DNA of 64,000 bases from contig NC_081392.1 of NCBI RefSeq assembly GCF_030684315.1, positions 14,390,427 to 14,454,426 of the forward strand. The letters are read 5' to 3'. The position numbers were made by a program, and so were the translations under genes. Under the pieces are notes generated by a model, which was not told the origin of the DNA, made no database searches, and saw nothing but the letters and a program-made list of their open reading frames with translations. Below, in pieces: positions 51,901 through 62,837 of this stretch; position 1 is the stretch's first letter; the number at the start of each line of letters is the position of its first letter. This DNA is from Stegostoma tigrinum. Lineage: Eukaryota.

Positions 51901-54900
51901 AGTTTTGCAACAACTGGTCAGTGTAGTTTTGGCTTCCTCCTTTTTAAGAAGAGATATACTTATAATGTTACTTATATACTTATGCAATGATATACTAATA
52001 CATTGTTACAATATACTTCAAGGAAGTGTACCGTGGCTGATCCCTGGGGTGTGGTGATGTGGTTCTCTCAAGTCCAAAAGTTGACCAAACTGGGCCTCTA
52101 CAGCGGGGGCAGGAGAAGTGATCTTAGAAAAAAAATATAGCATTCTGAGGCAGCTTGATAGCCTAGATTCTGAGAGGAAGTTTCCTGTTTATGTGGAATC
52201 GAGAACTAGGGGTACAGTTTAAAAATGAGGGATCTCCCATTTAATTCTCTTCCCCAGAGAGCAGTGGGGGCTGGATCATTTAATTTATTCAGAGCGGAGT
52301 TAGAGAAGATTTTGTTTGATTGACAAGGGAGTCAAAGATCACGTGGGGTCAGGGAGATGAATGGAGTTAAAACCACAGTCACTTACCAAATGGTGAATTA
52401 GGCCCAAAGGTCCATTTGGCCTTCCAACAGATCCTGGTACACATATTGGGAATTTATCCAGCAATGAGGAATGGTTCCACCACAATTTGATAAGTAGCAA
52501 GTACAAGTAACATAACTGTGTTGCTGCCTGTCACGCTGATTGCAATCTCTTGCTTGCCTGAAGCTCTCATTTTGTTGGCCACCAGAGGACACACATTTAA
52601 GATTGCTAGAGTCAGGATGGAGATAAAAACAGTTTGACACAGCGAGTTGGTGTGATCTGAAACCTGCCTTCCCTGAAAGGATGCTGGAAGCAGATCATAT
52701 TTAACTTTCACAAAGCATTTGGAGATCTGGTTGACGGGGGCTGAAAGACAAATGGGACTGCCTTATAGCAGTCTTTGATTTGATTTATTATTGGCATGTG
52801 CACCTGGGTACAGTGAAAATTTTGTTTAGCGTGCAATACAGGCAGATCAAACCGTACCAAGTGCATTCGCGAGGAATACAATGTGGTGGCTACAAAGAAT
52901 GGGATCACCGTTAAATTTAAAACTTGACAGGTCCATTCAGAAGTCTAAGAGTGGGGGAAGAAGGTGTTCTTAAATCTGTTTGTACTTGTATACAAACTTT
53001 TTTTATACTTTCTGTCTAACGGAAGAGAATATAACTGGGTTGGGAGGAGTCCTTTGATTACGTTGGTTGCTTTCCTGAGCCGATGGGATGGAATTGATGG
53101 ATGGAATGCTGGTTTGTGTGATGTACTGGCCTGTGTTCTGTTCTCTCAGTAAATGCAAGATTACACAACACAATTTGGGATTAAAACAGCCCCGCTAGTA
53201 TATTTCTTAGCATGATCATGCTAGATCTGACCATCAAGCCTCTAGTCTGATGATGTGGAGCTGGGGAACATATGGTTTTGAGCATGATGCAAGGCAGGTT
53301 ATTAGGAGACTGCAAGAGACTTTTTCAGACGGTGTTAAACAAGGGAATTGTTCAGCATGTTAGCAATGGACAGCTAAAGTGAGAGGGCTTTGGGATTTAG
53401 GGCATTTTTGAAAGTACTAAGGGGGGATACTTATTCTGGGGGCAGAACTAACATTAAAGTGGCTTAATCAAGATGTAGATACTGAGAGAGGGAAGCAAGG
53501 AAAGAATATTGCAGTCAGAGAAACTGGAGAAGAGCCAGCAAAGAGTCTTGCACCACAGATAAAAATGAGCCTGGCTTGATTGTGGATAAAGAGCAGGTCA
53601 CTAGGGTGTGATGGTTAAGCAAGAGAAGCATTGTGCGTGCAGAAAGAGATCAAGGAACTGGTGGATTAGACAAAGAGGGTGTCTGAGAATGAGGGTGGGA
53701 GTGGAGTACAGGGGCAAGTGAGTGGCGGTAAAACAGTGAGAGAATCTGTTGGAGCTGCCACCCTGGGACTTATACCTAGGTGGGTACAGAGAAACTTTGT
53801 TATATATGGAAAATTTGAAATAATCTGAGAGTAAACATTTCAGTTGAACTGTTTGTTTCTCTTTACAGGAGCGTGAAGATGAACTACGAGCCATGGCTCG
53901 AAAGATCCGACTAAAGTAATACTTTTCTTCTCCCTCCATCTGTCTTTGTGTGTGCAGTAAATTACTGTATAAGGCTGCTGTAACCTCTGCTTCAGATCTC
54001 TACTTAGCTTCACTGGTTGTGACCATGGTGTGGATCCAACAGAGAAGCAATGCAGAAAGCTATTCTAATTTGTACATTCATGTGCATTGAACAATTGGAA
54101 TGTTTCTCCAAATCAACAAAGGCAATTCAGCAGCACTTCCTCCCTTGTTCGTTCCCTTTTCCAACTGTTATTGGTACACAGGCCCATGCTTGTTGCCAAA
54201 ATACAGGTAGCGAACTATTGTTGAGCCACCAGTTCAATCCTGTTCTCGTTGTGATCCGCCACACACTTCCCAGTCCCTCACCACGTCATCTTGCTGTCTG
54301 AAAACAAGTCCTCTTCAAGTATTGTTCTACGCGAGATCAGGCTGCACCCGTGGTTTAATTCCAGACCACCTTGTTTCAGTATGAGCTGTGGTGGAACTTG
54401 CAGTTTCAGTTTGTCCATTGAAGATGGGCATGGGAAGGAATTTCTTCAAGGATAGTTAATGTTTGGAATGCTGTCTCTTCCCCCGACCCCCCACAAAGAG
54501 CAGAGGAAGCTGGTTCATTGTATACGTTTAAGGCTGTATCAGATTTTTGATTGATGAGTGAGTCGGGTTGTTGGAGGTGAAGGGCCGGAGGGTGGGGACG
54601 GCGCTGGTCAGACAGGAAAGCGTAGTTGGGACCGCAGTTAGATCAGCCACAATGTTATTGAGTGGAATGATGGAACAGGCTCACGGGGCCAAATGACTCA
54701 GATCTGCTCCTACCACATGTGTTCTTTTTGAAGGTTAACTTATCCTTGATAAAAATTGATTTGTCGACGAGCTCAGGCATACTCTGCAATTTCCAGCGCT
54801 CCAACAAGGTCGGGCGGGATGATAAGGGCTAGCTCACTGTTTCTTCAGTTGAATTCTTGCATCCCCCACAAGGTGGCGCCAGAATGCTCTTCATGAACAG

Positions 54901-57900
54901 AACATCAATTCCACACAAGTGGATCAAAATCTGTGTTGATCATTTACAGCCTTTTATATGCTGTCTTCAGAATCTGCACGTCAATCTCGATCCAAGCCAG
55001 TTACTGTTCTTTGTGATTAGAGTTTATTGACTGCTCAGTCTTACAGCTCCTTCACACACCACTTGCACCTGGTCAGCTTTTAGATATTGTCTAAATTGTT
55101 CAGAAACATTGTTACATACTTCTGGAGCAGGTGCGATTTGAATCTGGGCCTACGCACACGCACTGTTAAGGAAATTACCACTGTACCACAAGAAATGTCC
55201 TTTTAGATCTATCTCGTCAGTTAGTTTTTATTCTCATATCCAGAGGTGCTTTTATGCATAAGTGAAGTCTTTTTTTTCCCCATCACCAAATCACCTGTGT
55301 TTTTTTTAATCGATTAGCCAACATGCCCAGACAAGGTAGCTAATTAATCAAATAACCCTGCCTAACTGTTTGCCATATTAACACTTGTGGGCCCTTGTTT
55401 TGTCGTGAAGAGTTTCAAAAACAATTTCCCTTCTTTAAAAGCAATGGCTGTGTTTGTGTGTGCATGCCCAACACTGTAATGATACGGATGCTGTGCTGTT
55501 CCTGTAGAGGTTTACGCTTGGCTGTGAATGATGGCCTCACCACTGAGACACTGCAAGGTGCCAGTACTGATGACTCCAAAGCTCCAGAAAAGGTGGGGAG
55601 AACATAGGGTATGGGAGCAGGAGTAGGCCATTCGGCCCATTGAGCCTGCTCTGTCACTCATCTAGTCAGTAGCTCAATGCCACTTTCGTGCACAATCTTC
55701 ATATCCTTTGAAATCTGTAATATCGAGAGTGGGAACATTATGATTGGGAAAGTGAGCAAAAATAGTCAAGCTTGTTTGGGTACTTATCCTCTGGAGTAAC
55801 CAGCAGGTAGAATGTTGAAGTTAGAAACTGCGCAGGTGTACAGATAGTATCTAGGAGCACAGTTTGTTGTGTTTTTGTTTTGTTGCACAGTGCCATTTGT
55901 TCATTTTTCTTCCTGCTGTCTCCTCCTCCTTTACCCCCCACACTCCCAAAATAAAAATGCAGGGAGCGAGAACGCAGAGATAAAGAAAGGGACGAGTGGG
56001 AGAAGGAATACCCGAGAAGGAGCCGTTCATGCTCCCCAAGACATGGTACGTATTCACTGTCACTGTGTTCTCATGTGACAGGAGCCTTGATTTGGTGGGA
56101 TTGCAATTCCTTCCTGCTCCCTGCTGTGTGAAATCTTTTGCTTATTGCCTGTGAAGCACTTTGCCAGGTCCTGATATTGCTATGGGTGCTCTGTAAATGC
56201 AAGTCTTCAATTTGGTATTTGTGTTGCAGTGATGCATTGTGCCACCAGATGGCACAATAGTTTCATTGCGCTCAGATCCTTTGTACCTTAGTGCGATAAG
56301 GTGAGTGGGGCGAATAGCCTCTGTCTGTGCATTCCACCTCAGAAAATGCAAGCGGCTCAACTCTGAAGAGTCATCTACACTCAAAAACATTAGCTTGCTC
56401 TCTCTGCATGGGTGTTGCTTTACCCACTGATTTTCCAGCATTCTTTGTTTTCTGAATGTATCTTCATCTCAGTCCTGCTTCTTAGTGGTCACTTTGTCTG
56501 CTTTCCCCTGTTGGTCAGGTCCAGCGAAAGCTCTGGGCCAGCTGGAAGTCATACGGGAGGACAAAACAATAATGGGTCTGTAGTGGCAGGGAGAAAACCT
56601 GTCCTTTCTGGCCCTCCACTGTGTCCAGTTTCACCACCAACTTTATTCATTGAATCCCTACAGTAATGTTTTGTATCTCCAGTGAGTGTTAGTGTCATGA
56701 GGTTACTACGGACTGTTAAAATTCACAATTTTAATTGTTGAGCCTTCAGCTGCCTGTGCCCTGAGCTCTGGAATTCCCCCCCATAAACCTCTCCTTCATC
56801 ACCTACTTTAAGAGATTCTTCAAACGTTTCTTGGCTCCCCTGGGTCACCTGTCCTAAAATTAGCTCCTTCTGTGTCAAATTTTGAACATTGCTCCTCTGA
56901 AGCACCTTGTGGGTTTACTGTGTTAGGGCACTCTAAAAATGTAAGTTATTGGGGTTGTCTTGTGCCCTGGGACAGGTAGTTCTGTGGGATCTCCCCAGTA
57001 CTGTGCAGCACTGCTCAGTTCTGCTGCTCTCGGGTTTCTGTTTGTCACCAAAGGAACTTTGCTTTTCCTGGAAAAGTAAGCTATGTGGGAGGGAGGGAGC
57101 TAAGAAACCAGCCTGTTGTGTTTTGTTTTTTTTTGCTGATCATGAACGCTTGGCACGGTTGAGAGAGAAAGAGCGAGCCAAGGCATTATGTAACATTTAT
57201 CACATCTTTCAGAGACGCCCCAAAGCTTTCAAAGCTGAATGAAGCAAGTTTCACTTTTCACAAGCTGTTGTTGGCTCAACCTTTCAATTTAATTACAGCC
57301 TAATTTTCTCCTCACCTGTCCTGACCCTTAACTATAGGGTACTGTTCTAATTGTGTCAGTGGCTGAATTCACGTGACTAGCAATGGGTTATTGGACTTTG
57401 GGGGCATCACTACTCCATCCCGGCCTTGTTCACTTGGTTACTGATCACGAGCGAGGGTTGGGTTTATCATTCACTCTCCTTTCTGATCCAGGGTTCATAC
57501 AGTCTGGCCACCTTGGATGTGGTACCCATTTGTCACGGACCAGTGACCAGGACCTCAGGCCTGTGAAGCACTGTAGGGCTGCTTTCACCATCTGAAATGC
57601 TAAGGGCATCCACAACTGGGGGGAGAACACCTTGCATTTCTGTAGCATCTTCCTTGGCTTCACCATGTTCCAGAGAGCTTGACAGCCAGTGAGGCACCTT
57701 CTGAAGTCTAGTCATTGTTGTTCAGGGAACTTTGCAGCCAGTTTGAGTTCCTCATGGTCCTGGGCACATACTCTGGATCATGAGCTTATTTTAATTACTA
57801 ATGCTGTTAAATCTCTGCTGTCCCTTGCTGACAGCGTACCCACAACCACCAGGTAGTGGCACACTAACGTAAACACAGCACTTTCTGTTGCCAGTCATGC

Positions 57901-60900
57901 TTTTTCCCCTGCATTGAGACAGTGCCATTGTTGCCCATCCCAAGTGGTCTTCCCGCGTGGTGTAAAATTTTCTGCCTGTTGCTGCGTTTGTGGGAGAGAC
58001 TTTGGGAACTGTACGTCACTCAGTAATGTCACTTTTTATTTCCTCCTCTCCTGTTGTTTGAAATTTGCCGTCACCTCCCAGTAGTCTCTGTCCGCCTCTC
58101 TCTCCGTTATGTATCGTCAATTGACGCACCTCCCACCACTCAGCAGGGACTGACTCAGTCCAAGCCCCTATCTTATTCATGATTGAGCCTGGATGGGTCA
58201 GACAGGATTCCATCCCCTAAGTCTGTGGGGTGCCTGTGACAAGCAACAGTTCAGTTCAATTGTCAACGCAACCATAAAATCTACCCCAAGCTGTGTGTTA
58301 AATATCTTAAGTAAGCACCAGTTTAGAAAAAGACATCATCCCTTTTTACGTAGAGGGTAGTAGGTGCCTGGAATGTGCTGCCGAGGGAGGTGGTAGAAGC
58401 AGATACCATAGCAACATTTAAGAGGCAGTTAGACAGAGACATGAACAGACAGGGAATAGATGGAAGGGATATGATCCTGTGCGGGCAGTTGGGATTGGTT
58501 TAGAATGGCATCACAGTCAGCACAGACACGGTGGGCTAAAGGGCCTGTTCCTCTGTTCTACTGTTCTGTTTTCAAAGAATGCAAACTGCATAGTTTTGAC
58601 TCATTGCTTAAAGTATGAAATGGCATTAGAAACAGTTTAGGGAATCTTTTGAGTTTATTAGGTAAAAGAGTTCAGTTTGTGTGGAAAGATTGACAGGCTG
58701 GGCCCATACCCAGTCAGGTGTAGATCACAGAGGTGATCTTGTTGACGCACGCAAAGTCCCAAGGGTGCTTGACACAGTGGGGTTGAGATGTTTGGAAATA
58801 GGGAACACAGTGAAGGATCTTCCACTTAAGATGGAGAAGAGTTCAATTGTTTTAACTCTGAGAATCATTATTCTGTGGAACTCTTTCCCAGAGATCAGGC
58901 AGGAAAGGGGAAACAAAGCCACAGACAGATCAGGTTTGGTCAGTATTGAATAGTGGAGCAGGTTCAGTAAGGCATTTGATAAGGTTCCCCATGGTAGGCT
59001 CATTCAGAAGGTCAGGAGGAATGGGATACAGGGGAACTTAGCTGCTTGGATACAGAATTGGCTGGTCAACAGAAGACAGCGAGTGGTAGTAGAAGGAAAA
59101 TATTCTGCCTGGAAGTCAGTGGTGAGTGGGGTTCCACAGGGCTCTGTCCTTGGGCCTCTACTGTTTGTAATTTTTATTAATGACTTGGATCAGGGGATTG
59201 AAGGATGGGTCAGCAAGTTTGCAGACGACACAAAGGTCGGAGGTGTCGTTGACAGTATAGAGGGCTGTTGTAGGCTGCAGCGGGACATTGACAGGATGCA
59301 GAGATGGGCTGAGAGGTGGCAGATGGAGTTCAACCTGGATAAATGCGAGGTGATGCATTTTGGAAGGTCGAATTTGAAAGCTGAGTACAGGATTAAGGAT
59401 AGGATTCACTATCCCGTCTACCTGTGACTCCGCTTTCAAGAAACAATGCACCTACACTCCTAGGTCCCTTTGTTTACCAGCACTCCCCAGGGCTCTACCA
59501 TTAACTGTATGAGTCCTGCCCTGATTTGCATTTCCAAAGTTCAACACCTCACATTTATCTAAATTAAACTCCCTTCTGTTACTCCTCAGCCCATTGGCCC
59601 ATCTGATCAAGGTCCTGTCGTACTCTGAGATAAATTTCTTCACTGTCCATCACACTACCAATTTTGGTGTCATCTGCAAAATTTATTAACTATGCTTTCT
59701 GTACTTGCATCCAAATCATTGACACAAATGATGAAAAGCAGTGGACCCAGTGCCGATCCTTGCGGCACACCGCTGGTCACAGGCCTCCAATCCAAAAAAA
59801 AAACCCTCCACCACTACCCTCTGTCTCCTATTTTTAACCAATTTTGTGTCCCATTGGCGAGCTCTCCCTGGATCCCAGGTCATCTAACGTTACTAACCAC
59901 TTTACCATGTGGCCACTCAGTAAAGTATCCAGCAGTCTCTTCCCCAGCTTTCTGCAAAGTTCTGGGATACATCCGATCAGGTCCCGGGCATTTATGCACC
60001 TTTGTATCCAATGTGAGCACTTTTCATTATGTCACCATTTATTTCCTTATGCTCTCTGACTTCCATATCCTTCTCCACAGGAAAAACTGATGCAAAATAC
60101 TTGTTTAGTGTCTCACTCATCTTCCATGGTTCCACACAGATCTTTAAGGGGCCCTATTCTCTCCCTTTTTACTTTTTTCCCCTTAATTATGTTTGTAGAA
60201 CCTCTTTGCTAAAGTTAACTCATGTCCCCTTTTTGTCCTCCTGATTTCCCTCTTAAGTATACTCCTACTGGTTTTATACTCCTCCAGGGATTCACTCAAT
60301 CCCAGCTGTCTCTACCAGCCATGCGCTGCCTTCTTTTTCTTGACCAGAGCCTTAATTTCCCTCGTCATCCAGCATCCCCTGTACCTACCAGTCTTGCCCT
60401 TCGCTCTAACAGGAACGTGCTGTCTCTGAATTCCTGTTATCTCATTCTTAAAGGCCCTCCACTTTCCACCCATCCCTCTACCTGCGAATAGCCTCTCCCA
60501 GTCAACTTTTGAAAGTTAAAAATCGAAAGAACTGCGGATGCTATAAATCAGGGGGGAGAAAAATGCTGCTGGAAAAGCTCAGCAGGCCTGGCAGCATCTG
60601 TGAAGAAAAAAATCAGTTAATGTTTCAAGCCCAATGACCCTCAGAAACCTGAGTAAGGGTGACCGGACCCGAAATGTTAACTCGGATTTCTCGTCACAGA
60701 TGCTGCCAGACCTGCTGAGCTTTTCCAGCAACGTCTGAAAGTTATTGTTGAAATCAGCCTTACTCCGATTTAGAGCTTTAACTTTTAGATCGGGTCTATC
60801 TTTTTCCATAACGATGTAAAACTAATAGAATTAAGATCACTGTCCCCAAAGTGCTCCACCATTTGCACCCCAGTCACTTTCCCTGCCTTATTTCCCAAGA

Positions 60901-62426
60901 GAAGGTCAAGTTATGCTCCTTCATTTTGCCCCTTTGTAATTTTTTTTCACTATTCCTAAATACACCTCAACCGAGTTGTTTGTTTGGGACGTTTCGGGGG
61001 AGTTTAAGAGCCAACTGCATCAGAGTAGGTCTGTGATTACACGTAAGTGCAGGTAAAGGCAGCCAATTTCTTTCTTTTGATGATTAAAACTAGAATTCAA
61101 TTCTACTTTATTAGTTAAATAAAAATTCCACCAACTCCTCTGCCAGAAGCCTGAGCATAATGTGGAGGCTGAAGTGCCCCATCAGCAGTGCTGAGGGAGT
61201 GCAGCATTGGCAGCTTTAATAATTCCTTTGTCAGGGCCTGCTGCAGGTGACCTGGACCCCTTATCACATCACCAGTTGTGGGATCTTGCTGTGGAGAAAT
61301 TGTTGCATTTTCTACATTGCATGCAAGTGCCTGCACCTTAAAATGTTCTTCAGTGGCTGTATACCATTTTGTGATATCTTGAGATCGTGAGAGGTGCTGT
61401 ATAAATGCAAGGCTGTCTTGTGTGCACAAAGGGGTGACAGAGAAATCACAGAGGGTATCACAAGTTGCTGTGGCAGCCTTAGAGAGATCTACAACCAGAG
61501 GGTGGACTGTGTCTGTGTGTAGAGAGTGTGAATTGACATGCTTTCCATTAGAAAATTATCCTTTTCCCTGAATGAATGTCCATCGTGAGATAACAAGTTG
61601 TCTCTTCGGCATGATTTGGTAAGGCAGAAGTTGCTGGAAAAGTTCAGCAAGTCGAGCAGCATCTGTGAAGAAAAAAAGTCAGAGTTAACATTTCAGGTCT
61701 GGTGACATGAGGATGAGTCGCTGGACCCGAAACAGTAACTCTGATTTCTTTCTTTCTTCACAGTTGCTACCAGACCTGCTGAGCTTTTCCAGCAACTTCT
61801 GTCTTTGTTCCTAATTTACAGCATTCACAATTCTTTCGGTTTTTATGATTTGGTAAAAGTTTGGTTTAATATTGCATCGGAAAGACAGCATCTGCAACAA
61901 CAATGCAGTGCTCCTGTCTTCCACCTCTCCCGACCCAATACCACACTGGGTATGGAAACAACAGGCTGGTTAAGTGAAATCACCCTATCTCTTGAGAATT
62001 GAGTTGCTCACACTTTGTGCAGAGGTCTGAATCGGAGGGGTGATTTGCCTGTGGGAGTATCTGCAATGATTCCATCTCCCACTGTGACTGATTCTCTCCT
62101 CTTTTGCCCTGTAGGCCGTGATTACAGCAGCTCATCACGAAGGTAAGAGAAACCAGTCTGCACAGTAACACTGGAATGTGTCTTTTGTGAGCCAGGCCAT
62201 GCTTGTTGGAGGGGATGTGAGCTGTCTGAGCAGTGCAGACCTGAACAACCTTAAGGCATCACTGCTGCGTTGGCATTGAAGGAGGTTTATTTCAGAGAAG
62301 GAGCTCAGCAGTTGCTGGGGTTGGAAGACCAGCCACTCCTTAGTGTGATCCATCAACTGACTGCTGTATAAATGTTGAGGCTTGCTGCAGCCCCCTGCTA
62401 TGCTCTTCCACATTCCCCCCACCCCA

Positions 62427-62470
<44 letters not shown>

Positions 62471-62837
62471 TCCCCCCCCCCCCCAACCCACAACTCCAGC
62501 CCGGTCCACACAGTCTCAAATTGGCACCTGTTCCTGAGGCTCTTTTGTGAAACCTCAAGTCACCCGAATAAGGAGGAGTTCATCTCCTGAAGAATCATGC
62601 AGCTCTGAAGGAGGCCATTCAATCAATAAATCTCTATTGACCTCTTTAATGTAGCTATCCAGTTGGCTCCTAACCCCAAGTAGAATTGCCCCCACGTCAA
62701 TTAGCATTCTGGGAGAAAAATGTGAGATGGTGGGGTGGTGAAAAATAACAGTTTCCGGAAAATAATGTGTTTGCTTCATTCTGTTGTCTTCCAGACGTTC
62801 TCGCTCGCGTTCAAGAAGCCCTCACCATCGTCATTAG
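9813..62837 (+). CDS. CLASRP: CLK4-associating serine/arginine-rich protein, 20 coding exons, 642 aa
   Basis: Spliced translation [45 protein letters not shown]...[21 protein letters not shown]...[21 protein letters not shown]...[13 protein letters not shown] matches vertebrate CLASRP as I recall it. All introns are GT-AG, phases are consistent, and exon lengths sum to 1929 nt. Confidence 0.97.
9955..10345 (+). mobile_element. CR1 3' end; similar fragments at ~160-330, 16725-17395, 17420-17870, 29885-30220, 51740-52430, 54430-54730 and 58330-58570 (+), and 30400-31030 (-)
   Basis: [12 protein letters not shown]-type ORF2 end and CR1 3' UTR motif. Confidence 0.85.
10429..10526 (+). CDS. CLASRP: CLASRP exon 3
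   Basis: atttccag|[32 protein letters not shown]|gtgagt. Confidence 0.96.
13462..16724 (-). mobile_element. CR1 LINE, ~3.2 kb, frameshifted ORF2 (APE endonuclease + RT)
   Basis: ORF pieces [63 protein letters not shown]...RNFFTQ. Confidence 0.95.
18860..18961 (+). CDS. CLASRP: CLASRP exon 4
   Basis: tttctcaag|[33 protein letters not shown]|gtgagt; SWAP-type N-terminal motif [10 protein letters not shown]. Confidence 0.96.
20989..21068 (+). CDS. CLASRP: CLASRP exon 5
   Basis: ttcttcag|[26 protein letters not shown]|gtaagt. Confidence 0.96.
21842..21926 (+). CDS. CLASRP: CLASRP exon 6
   Basis: tatttcag|[27 protein letters not shown]|gtatgt. Confidence 0.96.
23521..23663 (+). CDS. CLASRP: CLASRP exon 7
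   Basis: ataacag|[15 protein letters not shown]...DEEIPDI|gtgaga; acidic tract. Confidence 0.95.
24842..26222 (-). mobile_element. CR1 LINE, 3' portion
   Basis: [23 protein letters not shown]...[12 protein letters not shown]...RTRGH. Confidence 0.95.
27052..27148 (+). CDS. CLASRP: CLASRP exon 8
   Basis: ctttaag|[31 protein letters not shown]|gtgagg. Confidence 0.95.
28030..28108 (+). CDS. CLASRP: CLASRP exon 9
   Basis: tttgaag|[26 protein letters not shown]|gtaagg. Confidence 0.96.
28233..28306 (+). CDS. CLASRP: CLASRP exon 10
   Basis: tttatag|[24 protein letters not shown]|gtacag; follows a 124-nt intron. Confidence 0.96.
29442..29483 (+). CDS. CLASRP: CLASRP exon 11
   Basis: cttttcag|[13 protein letters not shown]|gtaaat. 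Confidence 0.96.
32538..32756 (+). CDS. CLASRP: CLASRP exon 12
   Basis: ctttcag|[36 protein letters not shown]...; the phase-2 donor CG|gtcggt is required to keep exon 13 in the RS frame. Confidence 0.9.
33815..36200 (+). mobile_element. Degenerate CR1 LINE
   Basis: [40 protein letters not shown] fragments. Confidence 0.9.
36870..37395 (+). mobile_element. CR1 LINE 3' end
   Basis: ctgaggggtaaccttatagaagttta...tttttcacacagagggtggtg... Confidence 0.88.
37995..38320. mobile_element. Degenerate palindromic Penelope-derived element
   Basis: aaaatgctggaaatactcaggtcaggca... pairs with ...tgccagacctgagtacttccaacatc. Confidence 0.55.
38557..38802 (+). CDS. CLASRP: CLASRP exon 13 (RS domain)
   Basis: long pyrimidine tract, then ccacag|[36 protein letters not shown]...RGRRS|gtgtgc. 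Confidence 0.92.
38935..39562 (-). mobile_element. CR1 LINE 3' end
   Basis: [16 protein letters not shown]...[10 protein letters not shown]. Confidence 0.92.
41300..43250 (-). mobile_element. Degenerate CR1 LINE
   Basis: [10 protein letters not shown]...CVQFWS...[11 protein letters not shown]. Confidence 0.9.
44508..44711 (+). CDS. CLASRP: CLASRP exon 14 (RS domain)
   Basis: atttaag|[13 protein letters not shown]...[11 protein letters not shown]|gtgagc. Confidence 0.93.
45027..45251 (-). mobile_element. Miniature palindromic Penelope-derived element
   Basis: ~90-bp inverted arms centred near 45156; 12-bp TSD ctcttaaatcaa (45015-45026, 45252-45263). Confidence 0.8.
45163..45192 (+). ncRNA. 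Minimal hammerhead ribozyme-like core
   Basis: CTGAAGA-a-GGGTC(actg)GACCC-GAAA-CG-TA, with flanks ctt/aag able to pair as a short stem I. Confidence 0.55.
45456..45495 (+). CDS. CLASRP: CLASRP exon 15
   Basis: cattccag|[13 protein letters not shown]|gtcagt. Confidence 0.93.
48624..48684 (+). CDS. CLASRP: CLASRP exon 16
   Basis: ttcttccag|[20 protein letters not shown]|gtaagg. Confidence 0.96.
48825..49095 (+). repeat. Degenerate ~60-70-bp tandem repeat (about 4 units)
   Basis: agagtaaagct-like motif recurs at 48882, 48941, 49012 and 49081. Confidence 0.8.
49130..49480 (+). mobile_element. Deu-domain SINE (SacSINE1/AmnSINE1-like)
   Basis: gatcccatg...gaagaag...ttctc...gtgccctg...ttgctgt...gtgctttgag...gaaaggtgccatataaa. 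Related copies at ~47190-47490 and 61160-61420 (+), and ~28830-29190 (-). Confidence 0.65.
50084..50142 (+). CDS. CLASRP: CLASRP exon 17
   Basis: cctccag|[19 protein letters not shown]|gtaatc. Confidence 0.96.
53869..53915 (+). CDS. CLASRP: CLASRP exon 18
   Basis: ctttacag|[15 protein letters not shown]|gtaata. Confidence 0.96.
55963..56045 (+). CDS. CLASRP: CLASRP exon 19
   Basis: aaatgcag|[27 protein letters not shown]|gtacgt. Confidence 0.93.
58965..59405 (+). mobile_element. Well-preserved CR1 RT fragment
   Basis: [22 protein letters not shown]...[10 protein letters not shown]. Confidence 0.93.
59406..60910 (-). mobile_element. Degenerate CR1 LINE
   Basis: [12 protein letters not shown]...GRALGS; reverse-strand gcagatgacacc. 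Confidence 0.85.
60519..60735 (-). mobile_element. Miniature palindromic Penelope-derived element inserted in a CR1
   Basis: arms tgctggaaaagctcagcagg... / ...cctgctgagcttttccagca; 9-bp TSD tgaaagtta (60510-60518, 60736-60744). Confidence 0.8.
61623..61844 (+). mobile_element. Miniature palindromic Penelope-derived element
   Basis: same family arms; 12-bp TSD atgatttggtaa (61611-61622, 61845-61856). Confidence 0.8.
62115..62142 (+). CDS. CLASRP: CLASRP exon 20 (28-nt microexon)
   Basis: ccctgtag|RDYSSSSR|gtaaga; phases 1 and 2 bridge exons 19 and 21 exactly. Confidence 0.9.
62427..62470 (+). repeat. (CT)n microsatellite
   Basis: direct read. Confidence 0.95.
62795..62837 (+). CDS. CLASRP: CLASRP exon 21, coding part with stop
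   Basis: tcttccag|[16 protein letters not shown]. Confidence 0.94.

Noticed and set aside
52576-52592. CTCF-like TGGCCACCAGAGGACAC
   Set aside because: Mismatch in the GGC core, and it lies in a CR1-like 3' remnant (accagaggacaca...tttaag).
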